From assembly GCA_964247055.1 (NCBI GenBank), contig OZ176053.1, forward strand, positions 4,402,001 through 4,466,000: a stretch of DNA of 64,000 nucleotides, written 5' to 3'. Origin of the DNA: Paragordius varius. Taxonomy: Eukaryota > Animalia > Nematomorpha. This document shows positions 12,447 to 25,207 of this stretch, piece after piece; positions within the stretch are counted from its first letter, which is position 1; the number at the start of each line of letters is the position of its first letter. The translations under genes and the position numbers were made by a program. The notes under the pieces were generated by a model. The model was not told the DNA's origin and did no database searches. It saw nothing but the letters and a program-made list of their open reading frames with translations.

Positions 12447-15400
12447 TTATTCACTAGATTTCCGCATTATGACCCGTCCATCTGTATCAACTAGGGAAGC
12501 CCTTGAATCAAAAATGTTTTTAAGGTTAGTTTTACGCGGTTCTGAATATAATATAAATTGATGGGCCAATACATTTGAATCAAATGCCGTAAAATTAATC
12601 GGACTCCTAAAGGCATTCAAAAGTGCAGCCTTGTGTCTGGATAGCGATGGAACTATACCCTTATCATCATCGTATTCATCGGAAGACACGTAACTCCCAT
12701 CCGCGGCACCATGGGAAAAGGGAGATGAATATCCAATTAATAAATTATTTCGGGCCACTTTTAACGCTTTTTTACCCTTTAATTTTGGGTTTTTCTTTAT
12801 GTGGGAACAATACAGATGGGGAGGATCATGATCAATTTTTTGTTCAGTTAAACACTTGGGTTTTTCTTCTGATTCTTCTTTAGCATTAATTTTACGTGGT
12901 GACAACTTTCTTATTTTTGACATAATTGAACTTGAGACCCGGGAAAGGTTTAAATGATCATTATTGAAGGAATGGTTATCATTTTTTATAAGATTGCGAT
13001 TGAGATCCTCAGATGGCAAAACTTGACCTATTCTAAACATAAATTATATTTATGTTGATATTAATATCTGTTAATATTAGGAATCATGCAATACATAAAA
13101 ACAGATTAGTACATGTAACGGTTTAACAGCCAAAAACTTGGAAAATTCATTTTAGCTTATAATAAAATTACACGCATTTTATGGGCTAAACCATTAATTC
13201 TTTACATTAAAAGTACATGATGTTACTAACACTTAAGACTACTTAGATATTACAACACGAATACTCTGCATGCGAAATTTTGTCGTAACATTAGTACAAT
13301 GCAACCTAAGGTCGTATCTGTAATCACAATCGTTGGTAAAGAAAGTTGAAAATTTGGCGATAATATGTCTTTAGATTCATTCAATTTGTTTCTCCCATGC
13401 GCATTTAGTATTTGATAATATTTAACACTTTCAAAATGATGATTGTACGCTGTTACAAATGAATATTTTGGTCGTTTTTTTGGTTGTGTTGAACTTCTAC
13501 GAAATGAGTAAAGCTTCAACGGACGTTTAAAGCTTGATACTTTTAGCTTATTTGAGAGACGTGATAATACGTTGGAATTTTTTCTTATTCTGGTAAAAGT
13601 AATTCATATGTTCGATAATATCTGATTCTGGCTCATAAAAGATAACGTTCCAGCTTATTATCGAGGTGTTAATTTTTAACGGCACATTATTTTTAAGTAA
13701 ACGTAGCAAAAGTAAAAATTTTCAATGAAAAAAAAATAATAAATTTTTTATAGCTATTATTTAAAAACACTTGTATCTCGTAAAATAAAATATGTAATAT
13801 TTACTCGTCCAATGATTCTTGTATGTCGGGTAAGATGTGTTTTTGTATCATCCCTTCAATATCTAAATTATCGTTTGTTGTACAATCGCTGTTTTCCTTT
13901 TGATGTGATAAATGAGCCATGTTTTTGGAACTAAAAACTGTGGGTGTTGAACCTCGTCTCCAAAGTTGCCCTAATGCATGGGATAAGGAAGGATCGGAAA
14001 CTTTCATCTTTTCAGATGATTTTTCATGTGCCATTCCTTGTAGGGGTGTCGATGCTCTTCGATTAACATTAGTATCTTCATATCCTAGTTTGGTTATTTT
14101 AAGATTGCTTACTACAGGTGAGCTTGGTTTGTGATTTAAATCAATGGGTACCATAAATGTGTGGCCATTAAGGATCTGATTTGAGTCCTGTAAATGATGG
14201 CTAATATAGTTGTCTAGAGAAGAAATATCTTCATTACTACTGGAATTTTTGCTTGTATGAGAAGGTGATGATTTTTTGATCCATTTCACTGTATGTATGT
14301 TTTGTTAAGCATAAAATAAATTAATTACATCCATAGTATATATATAAATCGTAATTTTTCGAAAGCTAAGCCTGTGCTATTTGCATAGTATAAATTTTTT
14401 TAAAATATTTTAAAGCAGTCATTTCATTCAAATAACAAATATAGTAGAATAACTTTTCTTTTTCAAAAACCAATCATTGCAAAACACACAACGGTACTCG
14501 GTTTTCCATTTTCTTTGATAGAGCATAATGCAGCCCAATAAAATCAATACAATAATTACGACGAAGATACCCATCCAAAAAGGTTCTTGCAAAAACTTCT
14601 CTGCCGGCGAAAAATTTTCAAATGGAAATTTTAGAGAGCAATCGCTACCTAGAAAATAAATTAAGATTTTATATAAAAATAAAATACTATTTTTATATAA
14701 TAAGTCTATGCGTTATTTTTTTGCAAAACTCAATTAAAATACCCTGATTTATAAAAAAATAAATGATAAATTGAAAAAAATCTAATTTTACTCAAATGCG
14801 CAAACTTCGTATATATGGTATACAGTTCTATCCTTATGATAACAAAGGTTTATTATTCAAAAGATCATTTATAAAATTCAACATAAAACAAACACATGAA
14901 AAATAATGCAAACATTTAACCTGCATAATTGAAGTAGCATTGGCAAAATTTGGTGGAATTAGCAGGTTGGATGAGACAAATACCTTGATTGTTGCAAAAT
15001 TGGGATTCACATACCTCATATTCGCATCGCGGGCCGCCGTGAAAATCGTCACATACGCAAGTTTTTGTGTGATTAAAAAATTTACAGTCTCCCAAATTAC
15101 AATCGTATCCATCACATTCATGTATAAGACAAAATGGGCCTGAATTGACATAAATTTTAACAAATTTTTTTTAATTCACCCTTAAACAATTCAAATTCAC
15201 CTTCGAAGAATTCAAATTCACCTTTGAACAATTCTAATTCTCCCTCGAAGAATTCAAATTTATCCTTCAAATAAAATATTATTTTTTAAGTTTAATAATT
15301 ACCTATAATTTTATATATTTTTTAATAAAGAAAAATTTTATAAATTAAAATAATACTGACAAAATAATAAACTATGCCAAAAAGATGCATTTCATATTAA

Positions 15401-16187
15401 TAATGAGTGATATTTGTTCGAAAACACATAATTTATTTTTAGGGTGAATTTGAATTATTCAAGGGTGAATTTGAATTGTTCGAGAGAAAATTTGAATTGT
15501 TCAAGGGAGAATTTGAACTGTAAATAGAACAATTAAAAAAATGGTAAAAGTTTAAGAAATAATTTTTTCGATTATATAACTCTATAAAAATAGCTGAATC
15601 AGGTATAAAACAGTTTGAAGTGGGTAATAAAATTGTAAATATAAAATGTACAAAAAACCTTTATAAGGTTCCAAGCAATTGCATGTGTTACCGGAGAAAG
15701 TTGAATTATGTGCGCAATATTTATTCAGAGGTAAACTTTTTAGTGCATTTATATTTACTTCATTGGCCTTTGTTTCGAATTTGGGATCTAGGAATTTAAT
15801 AAAATTGAAATATCTAATAAAATGTAAATAGTCCTAAATTTACATTGTAAGTTATATATATAAATTTACAATTCATAATCACCTTTGAACGATTCCAATT
15901 CACCGTCGAACATTCAAAATTTACCCTAAAAATAAATTATGTGTTTTCGGGCTAAAAAACTCATTAATATGACATATATCTTTATCGCATAGTTTATTAT
16001 TTTTTCAGTATAATTTAATACACAAAATTTCATTTCAAAAAAATTAAATATAAGTAATATTTAATTTTAAAAGAAACATAATTTATTTTAGGGGATTTGA
16101 ATTGTTCAAAGGTGATTTTGAATTGTTCAAGGGTGAATATGAATTGTTCAAGAGTGAATTTGAGTGTATATAATATATATATATATA

Positions 16188-16219
<32 letters not shown>

Positions 16220-19200
16220 TATATAGGCTTGTTTGTTTAGTAGGTAGGGCGCCGGACTCTTACCAGGGGCGTACCGATGGGGGGGCAAGGGGGTGCATCA
16301 TGCCCCGGGCGCCGTTATTTAGGGGCGCCTAAATGATTTTTTTAAATTAAATTTAAATTATGCAAAAATAATAACAACTTTCAAGTAAAATTCTTCAGCA
16401 ACATAGGTAATCTGTAAAATAATATCAAAATTATATAAATGAGATCAAGATCAAGCAAAAAACAACTTTCATTATTCCCTTCAACATTTGCAAACTTATT
16501 TTTTCGCTTTAAAAACGTTTCTTTCTCACGCCCATATTGTTAATTCTTTTATTGCCTTTAATTAAATTATTTTAACTTGTCGCTCTGTTGTACACTTGCT
16601 GGCTTAAGTAAACTTACTCAATTTCGTTTAGCTTACAAGTCAACTGCGACTTTTTTATCACCCCACCCCTTATCTCTTTATAATTTATGATTGCATTTCC
16701 ATTTTATACAAATACCCAATTTCATTTATTTAAATACCCAAGATCATTCCGTCTCTAAGGTAGGTTTTATTATTAACATAGCCTTGTTTTTTTTATAATT
16801 ACATTTATTTTCATCATATATCTATGTCTAAACTCAGCGGTTACGCAAATAGGAAACGAAAAATCAAGGAAGAGAATAAAACAAATAAAATGCGAATGCG
16901 TATGAAATCTTATTTAACGAAAATATCTGACCCTAACATTGAAAAAGTGTATGCGACACAAACATAACGGTAATAACTTAAATACACCTGAAACCCTAGT
17001 TATTGATCTAATAAATAGATATAAAACTACAAATATATCATTGTAATTCCAAGCGCTATACCTACAGAGTTTAATGATGTCGCCTTTTTGTAATAATAAT
17101 GTCCCTCCCGTAATATTTAATAAGCTTCACACAATAATGATTCTTCGTGGATCAAGTATATCAAAATAAATGCCATCTCTTTGAAATCATCGTTAAATGC
17201 CTCAATCTTGGTTTTTTCGACGTGTAAAAAAAGGATTTGAAGTTGAGAAGTCTTGGCTTTTATATTTACCAAAGAACAGATCTGAGTATTGTTATGGATG
17301 CCTACTTTTTGATCGATCTTATTATATGAAATATTGGCCTGCATAAAATATCTAATCAACCAAAATCTCCCTGAGGTCGTGTTGCAAGTTTAATGTATCT
17401 AGATCACTCAGCACCAAATCCTGGAAATCTCTATCTTTACTAAAATTGCTCATTTTGACCCAATAATGGGAGAAAACATGAGAAATATTGAATTTTTTAA
17501 CGCTTTATCCTATGTTTTATTCAAAAATTATACATCTTTTAGCTTCAAGAGTTAAAGCTAAATTGATCAATGACATAAGCAAAGTAAATATTTTGAACTA
17601 ATATTTGATTCAACGCCAGATATAGGGCACCGAGAACAAACTCAAGTTGCCAAATAGGTGTTAATTGATTATGAGAAAAAGAAAGTTGTCATAAAGGAAT
17701 CCTTTATGGGTTTTTTTCCAGTTATTCAACAAAGTTGCATTGTCGATTGAAAATGTAATTTTAGAAAATTTAAATATGGATAATATTCAGTTATCAAATT
17801 GTAGATCTCCAATGCTATGATAATTCAGCTGTGGTGTCGGGTCACATTTCAGGCGTTTAACAAAGAATTACGGAAATAAAAGAGCAATATTTGTCAATTG
17901 TGACAATCATTCCTTAAATTTAGTAGGAGTCACGGTAGCAAAAAGATGTTATTGTTGTAACGTGTTTGGGACTAATTAATCCATCTTTTTTATTCAACTA
18001 TTAGATGAGACCTATTAAAAAATAAACTAAAAAACTATTAAGCGTGAGTCTGAAAGCCCGATAGAGTGCTAGAATTCAAGCACTTAATGCCATTGAGGGA
18101 AGAGATGATTTAATAGGCTCTTAAAAGAATTAAGTAAAAATATTTCAAATTCTAGTATAACAAGAAGTGAGGCATCCATTTTACTTCAATGTGTTTTAAA
18201 TTTTAATTTTTATCATTTTTCTGGCATCAAATATTTATAATCGATAGGGTTCAACATAGATTGCAAGATCTTAAAATTAATTTTAATAAAGCATTTAAGG
18301 GCGATATTTTTTTACTAAATTGTTTTATTGATTTTCAAAAAGAGAAGGGGGGAGGGGGCGCCATAAGTGTTTTATGCCCCGGGCGCCGCAAATGCTCGGT
18401 ACGCCACTGACTCTTACACAGCGTGCCAGGGTTTGAACCCTGAAACTACGCATTATTTCCATCATCTCACTGTCAGCCCTGCGCAGGCGAGTGTTAAAGC
18501 CTTCACATGTCCGGATGCATTTAAGTCCTTACCCTTTGATATAAAAATGGAAAAAGGTGACTCTAAACTGTATATTTTTGTTTTATATTTGTATGCATGT
18601 TAAATAATTAACGATATCAGAATTCGATGTAACATTTAAAATGGTGTGCAGTCTATTGGGTTTCAAATAAAAAAAACTTTGTATTAAAATTTAATTTATT
18701 CTTGCCTGATATCGAATCCCACGAGATTGTAAAAGATGCTAAATCATTGGTTGATTTTGAATTAGTTATGATTGTGATAATTAGGACATGAAGCCACGAT
18801 GTTGCCATTACTAAGGGTTCCTTCCACATTAAAATTTGACTTTGGTTTTTAGTATTATTTTCCCTTGTTTGATTATGAAAATCGTTAACAGATATTGGGC
18901 AAAAAGTTTTTTTCAGTAAAGGTACTTTAAACGGATCCTGAATTTGAATGTAGTTTTCACACAATAATGTATCTTTATTGTATAAATAAAAAGGTTTAAT
19001 ATATATTATATAATTTTTAAATTTCAACCTTATATATAGTGCAACATAAAAATAATAGTTTAATTAAGAATATAATTTTTTATTTATTTATAACATTCCC
19101 TAAAATGCCAAACTGTCCCACTCATTTTTTAAGCAAAATCTTTACTTAGAAATATTTCAAAGATTTGAAAAGTATATTTTTAAGCCATATTCCCATCTTA

Positions 19201-22200
19201 TTGTTTATTTGTGCCATTTTTCAAATGACTGACCCGGCTAAATTACAAAATGTCTGGCTCAAAGCTAATTTACTGTGCCCATGGTTTTTCTATAAGGGAA
19301 AATTCAGCCCATATATATCAAGATTTTTGCTTCTATCAATACATTGTTAAATTTATTTGCAATATAATTAACAACAATTATGTCGGCTATTAAATATTGA
19401 TGGTCATTTATTTTGCGCTCAATTATATATAGAGTAATTTTGGTAATATGTTAGTTCCACTATTATATTACAGTATAAGTAAGTATAAAAAGATATTAAT
19501 TATTGCCAAACAGTAAATACAACAAAGGGCTGTATTATTGGCTTATAGTTATTTTTTTGACATTTTACTATTATTAGCCAACAATACTGTCCTTTGTTGT
19601 ATTTTCTATTTGGCAATAATTAATAACTTTATAGCGTTGTATACTTACACTGCTGGATTAGGATAAAAATTACTTTTTTAAAAATAGTGATCTTTACCAT
19701 ACATATGTTAGTAATATAAAGATAAACCAACATTTTTGATTATAGTCCAAAGCCTAAAATACGTCTTATCAAAAAAATATCTGCTTCAAAATATGCAATT
19801 CCTAAAATATGTCATTTTACATGGTTTTTGCCTCCTTATTATTTGTAAATAAAATATTTGCGAATATATAACCGATTTATTACCATTTACACCCACAAAA
19901 ATTTGATTGGAAACTAGGGATAAAACAACGTTGCCTATTTCTTCACTCATAAATGTTAGTTGCCATGTTACGTTGGGTGGAAAATTATGCGGATAATTAA
20001 TTGAGTTAATATTAGTTTGTTCAGAGTCTTGGGTAATCTTGATCGTTTCTTCCAATCGTAAGTTATCAACTGTAGAAAAAAAGTAATCCATAAAGCCTTA
20101 AAGCAATGAAAAAGGTGTCGATTCTGCAATCGCACTATAATTGATACATAGTTAGTTATAAGGTTATTTAACACTTTAAGATTGGATCCTTGAACGCAAT
20201 ACCGTGACTGTGAAAGCTTAGAAAAATCAACAGGCAATTTTTTTAACATATGTTTACTACGCCATATAAACGGAAACAAAAAAATAGTATGGAATTCTTA
20301 ATTATCATAAAGAATGTAAATTTTATCAATTTGACTGGTTGTGACCGTTAATATTCAAATTCTATAATCAGACCGGTTATATGATTTGACCGTTCATGAA
20401 CCAACCTTACTTATGTATAATCACTTTGATTTTTGTATAAGTAAATAAATTTTTCCAAACTGCATGAATAAAAAATTGTCTAATATTAGTGTGTTGCATT
20501 ATCAGAGAATAAAAATGTTAAATAACCTGAAAAAAAACTAAAATTTATTTTATAGAAACAAACCAATATGGACCTAATTTGTTAAATTACACACAGAAAT
20601 AAATACAGAAAATAACCATTAGCCAATGATACTTTCCTTTGTTGTTTATACTATTTGGCAATAATTAATAAAGGCATTTGTAAATATATTATATATTTTT
20701 GATATATACCTGCTTTATATGAAAAGTTGTAAAAATTAATCATTGGGCTAATATTAGGTTGTTTAACATGGTAAACCATTAAAGCCTCATTCTCGGACAC
20801 GAAATTAAGATTATTATTTAATGTAATCATATCCATAGGACAAAGCATGGTGGAACGATTTTTATATTTATTGGTAGGAGAAAAATCTTCAATAACAATA
20901 TATTCCTGGAAACAAGTATTATCACCCGCGTTCGACATATTAACATCAGTAGAAAAGATAATGTTAAGCAGTGTTAACAAGATTCTTTTTTGCGGATTAT
21001 TTAAAGATATTTGTGTCATACAGGTTAATTGTGGTACCTTTTTTTCAAGTTCATTATTAGAAAAATATCCCTCTTGTGCTTGTATCATGGAATTCTTGTA
21101 CGCTTCAAATTTGTTCCCAAGCCTTCTTTTTGAATTGTTATGTAGTGTCGTAAGATTTATGTTTTGGTGACAACTTTTTAAGTCTAATACCCTCCAACCA
21201 AAAACAAATTGAGGAGGAAATGTATTAACATATCGATTAAAAATTATTCCAACAGTAACTTTTGAATCGGTTATGATGCGAGCTGTATTTTCTATGGCTA
21301 CAATCGTCTGAATATTTGGACTTAAATTTAGCCGGATATTATTATGTCGATCTATTTCATAAGAGGTCGCATTATTTGAATCAACATAAATTGCTTTTGA
21401 AACGCTTACATTTTTCAAAACAAGGTTATTTGAAAGAGCTCCACAAAATCTTAATTCCCACAGAGTTTCAGGGATGCGTAGGCCTATCGTAATTATTTTA
21501 AAAGTAAATCATATACAAATGGATATAATAATTGGTAAATCAATAGGAATTTTTCCCAATAAAATAAATATTTTACTTAAATATCCATATAAACAGTCTG
21601 GATGGTAGGGAAATTCTAATTTTGATAATTTAAATTCGATATAATAGGACCCATTTGTCAAATCTACTTCCACAAAATATTTATCAGCTTTTCCCATCTT
21701 TGTGATAGATTTTTCGGAATACTTTGCTGTGAGACGATTTTCTGATACTGTCAAATTATTTGCGAATTGTCTGTTTCTTACTAATAAAATAAATAAGCTC
21801 TATATGTTGTCGAAGGTAAATATTTTTTGAGTCCAAATAAAATTGTTATAATATATGGCTTCTTATATAAATAAATTATTTACTAACAAAGAGTCGAATC
21901 CTTATTGAAATATTTTACAAAAATCATTTAACCCCATCATTTCCGTTGATGATTAATGTTGAGGTAGTTCTCTACCCTGCGTTCTTCTAGCGTCTAAATT
22001 GTGACAACTCTTAAAACGTTTGAAAAAATCCATAAATATTAAATATTTCTGGTATATTATAATTTAAAAGCTTTATAAATAAAAATCTATTTGCCTGTTG
22101 TATTCGCGATTTCAAAAATTATAAAGAAAAAAATGGCGGAGAAACAGTTTGAGATGAGGATTTTTTACATTTGCGTTATTTAATAATTTTTTTGTATTAT

Positions 22201-25200
22201 GTGCCTAATAGGCTAAAGAAAGCATAATTTTTATTGCCCCTATACTTTTAAAATTTTTTTAAGATAATTAATTTGTAAATGACTCTTTGGTATTAAATTA
22301 CTCCCAAAGGTAATGAGGTGTTTCCATAAAAACTCATTAAAATTATTTGTATATTCAAAAAGGTGAAGAGCAGATTATTATTAAAATAAAAGAATATTTT
22401 TTATATTTTTATTCTATAAAATAAGTGTGTTTTGCAAGCGCTAGCGATAATAAATAAAACTAGTTATTTGTCCTCGATGGAAGTTATAAATTTTTAAAAA
22501 TTTATTAATGACTTACTTCAATTATAAAGCATGATATAAAAATTAGACTTATTCTTTTAATACCCCGAATAAAATTATCCAATTTTTATGCACTTTGACA
22601 CTTCATCTTTAAATTTCGATTACTACTGGAAACGTTCCTGGCAAAATCATAATAAGCCTTGTTTAAAAGGGTAAAAAATAATATAAATACCTTCTGGTTC
22701 TTTATCAATCCAAGCCTTTATCATTATTTTTGGTACCTGGGAAACTTTATGATTATAATAATGAATGTTAATTTGTGATGTAAAATGTTCTTCTAATTTG
22801 TTACGTGGTGACGTTAAGGTGTATTGCAACAATTTTTCACTTAGCTTCCAATCTCCACATAACATTTTGGTTTTAAGATATTCACCCATAAGCGATTTTG
22901 TATCCGCAATACTTTGATAAAAATTTTCATGATTGATGGCCAGGCTATTCCCATCACGATGTAATATTTGCAAATACTCCATCAGACACCTAATGCATAT
23001 AAGATCAACAAGATAATGACTCTATAAATTTTTTCCTTGTAAAAATATTGTAGCGCGGATTAGCTCATTAAAATGTTAAATTATTAAAAAAATTGTTTTT
23101 TGAGAATCCTATTTTATGTCAACTGTTTGCATATAATTTTCAATTCCAATCCTTTATATGAAGATAAAAAAATAGGGTTTGGATTATCAAATTTTGTTCC
23201 ATTTCCGTTATACTGCGCAACAAGTAATAAATAAATTTTTGAAGGTAATTCGAAATGCCATATTATATCTTTCACATTCTACAACAACAAAAAAACGGTT
23301 GTTTAATTTAGTAAAATGTCATAAGCTGTGTAAAAGGCAAATTTGACAAAAATTTATTATGAATTTAGAAATATCATGATACTTTTAAACAAATATATGA
23401 TAGTATTTTACGGTTTAAGAAACAAACAAAAAAAACGAAAACCCATGACTTTTTGTGATATTTAGATCCATTATACGAATATGCATCACGGAATAGGGTT
23501 CAAGGCTTTTTATGATAATGGAACAGTTTGTCCAAAACGCATCGTTTTTGTCGCCAAATACATCCTTACTCACATTCACAATCACTTTTGGGAATTTATA
23601 CGAAAGATTGTAAGTATTACACGTTTCAGAAAAGGATCCTATGCATAAAATTTATATTTTATGATATATTCTTCAAAATTTATATAGAAAAATTAAATAA
23701 TTTATCTTTAGTTAATATTTCATAATATGAAGTAAAAAGCGTTACTCTATCAATCTTATTGTTAATTGTGAAAACCTTTTTTACCGTAAAATATAATCGT
23801 ACTAATCACAACATTCGAATTAGAATCTTTTAAAAATTTAAGGAATTGAATTTAACAAACTGGGGAAAATATTTGATATATATTCCTTTATTTATTAAAA
23901 GAATATTCAGAAGAATTTAATATTAACTGTCGCGGTTTTGTGAGACAACAATACATAATGCATTTCTCAAGCTTGAAGCGTTCGAAAAAATCTCTGAAAT
24001 CAATCCATCTGTTTTAATAGTATCTCTGCAACCTTAAAAATATTATTATTGTTACCCAAATGCGTTATATCGGGTGCTATTATCCAAAAATCTGTTTCAT
24101 TGGTAATATTTCTATTATGCAAAAAAGTATACGGTAATCAATGTAAGGTATAATGTCAAATAAATGACAATTTCTGGACGAATTAAAATTCTTGGGGCTT
24201 GGATAAAAAATTCAAATAAACAGGGGCCCTAATCATATTTTATTTAATTGTTAAAAAGATTTTGTACAAAAACACAGAAATAATGACGTTTTTTTACTTT
24301 ATTAGATTAACAATTTAAAGATTAATTTGATTTGCTGCTCTTTAAAATAATTATTTCTAAATTTAATTGAACATAAAGATTTTAGAGTTCGGAGCCGTAA
24401 CCACAAAAATTAGTAGACCTCATACGTTTTGTATTGATATTAAGTAATAATCGGTAGCTCAAAACAAAACCTAACATGATTAAACCAACCAACTTTAAAA
24501 CCGTTTTTTATGTTGATTCCGATTTTGTCATCATTATTCCAAACAAAATAAAACTGATTTCATAATTTATTTAACACATTCAGAAATAGCCACCGTAAAT
24601 ATTGCAAAAATTATGGGTGTACTTAATATATAATAAGATGAAAATAAAAGTATCGAATAATTTTGTCTACTGTTAATATTCAACATGTATGTATAAATAT
24701 TTAGATTGGGATTCAGGTAAAACATTAAACGAGAGTTACATACTGATTAATCACACAACTTTTAGATACTCATATTTATATATATATATATATATATTTA
24801 GGCTGCTAATAGCCATTCGAAAGAGTTTGCGCTACGTGTTATATTATGAAGAGGGATGGGGGGGGGGGGGGGAGGGGAGGGTTAGGGCTTAATCGAGAAT
24901 TATAATTTGGCCAATAATAATATAAATGTGGTAAAAATTAAATGGTTTACCTAATACCGGATTGAATTATGTTGCAAACTTTTGTTTCATTAAATGGGAT
25001 CATATGAATAGTTTTAAATGTTGTTTGACATTCCCCTAAAGCATTTTCTAATGTAACCGGCGGCCGAATAATACAGGCCGTTAGAGATTCATTTATTGTA
25101 ATACACTCATGATTCAAATTTTTCAAACTTACTAATCGTAGGAGAACCGCATATGTGTTAAGAATAAAAAATAGTACAATTACTAAATCCCAATTTTTTA

Positions 25201-25207
25201 CCATCAT
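12447..25207 (-). CDS. Large type I membrane protein (~1400 aa): signal peptide, C-type-lectin-like domain, several CUB-like domains, 2 EGF repeats, TM helix, ~450-aa Ser/Arg-rich cytoplasmic tail. Exons: 25207-24951, 24111-24056, 24032-23928, 23638-23450, 23278-23214, 23021-22691, 21780-21577, 21483-20710, 20096-19884, 18972-18706, 18562-18533, 15139-14921, 14648-14454, 14288-13805, 13589-~13305, ~13030-12447
   Basis: Exon phases chain consistently from the signal peptide (MMVKNWDLVIVLFFILNTYA) to the tail. CUB motifs include SINYPHNFPPN, CENYIQIQD, DCLYGYLSLRI and RFCG. The EGF exon (CNLGDC..CVCDDFHGGPRC..CESQFCNNQGICL..CQCYFNYAGSDC) is phase 1-1. The TM segment is FWMGIFVVIIVLILLGCIMLY. 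The last splice junction is uncertain. Confidence 0.8.
15172..15520 (-). mobile_element. Fold-back MITE with 21-bp subterminal tandem repeats (family B copy 1, inverted relative to copies 2 and 3)
   Basis: The left end has repeats of ~TTCACCCTCGAACAATTCAAA and the right end has their reverse complement (GGGTGAATTTGAATTGTTCAA), ending GAACTG|TA. The interior is shared with copies 2 and 3. Confidence 0.8.
15869..16166 (+). mobile_element. Fold-back MITE family B copy 2 (TA-flanked, Tc1/mariner-like ends)
   Basis: TA|CAATTCA...TGAGTG|TA, with 21-bp repeats at both ends in inverted orientation. Confidence 0.8.
16264..18409 (+). mobile_element. hAT DNA transposon (2146 bp) with a decayed ZMYM1-like transposase, inserted in an intron of the receptor gene
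   Basis: TIRs CAGGGGCGTACCGA / TCGGTACGCCACTG match at 13 of 14 positions. There is a perfect 8-bp TSD, ACTCTTAC (16256-16263 and 18410-18417). Internal transposase remnants TPDIGHREQ, CYDNSAVVSGHISG and IFVNCDNHSLNLVG carry many stops and frameshifts. Confidence 0.95.
19471..19652. mobile_element. Palindromic MITE (~180 bp)
   Basis: CAGTATAAGT...TATTAATTATTGCCAAA pairs with TTTGGCAATAATTAATA...ACTTACACTG. A partial copy lies at ~20615-20675. Confidence 0.65.

Noticed and set aside
15172-16166. 21-bp repeats as a CRISPR array
   Set aside because: The repeats are head-to-tail with no unique spacers, are inverted at the two ends of each unit, and the context is a eukaryotic intron. This fits MITE subterminal repeats.
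18425-18450. tRNA gene or hammerhead ribozyme at the CAGGG/CCCTG hairpin
   Set aside because: There is no acceptor stem, D arm or A box in register, and no CTGATGA core upstream of GAAAC. Kept only as an unexplained island.
19968-20279. 103-aa minus-strand ORF as a receptor exon
   Set aside because: Its frame and phase do not chain with neighbouring exons. The 20710 donor joins the 20096 acceptor in frame without it.
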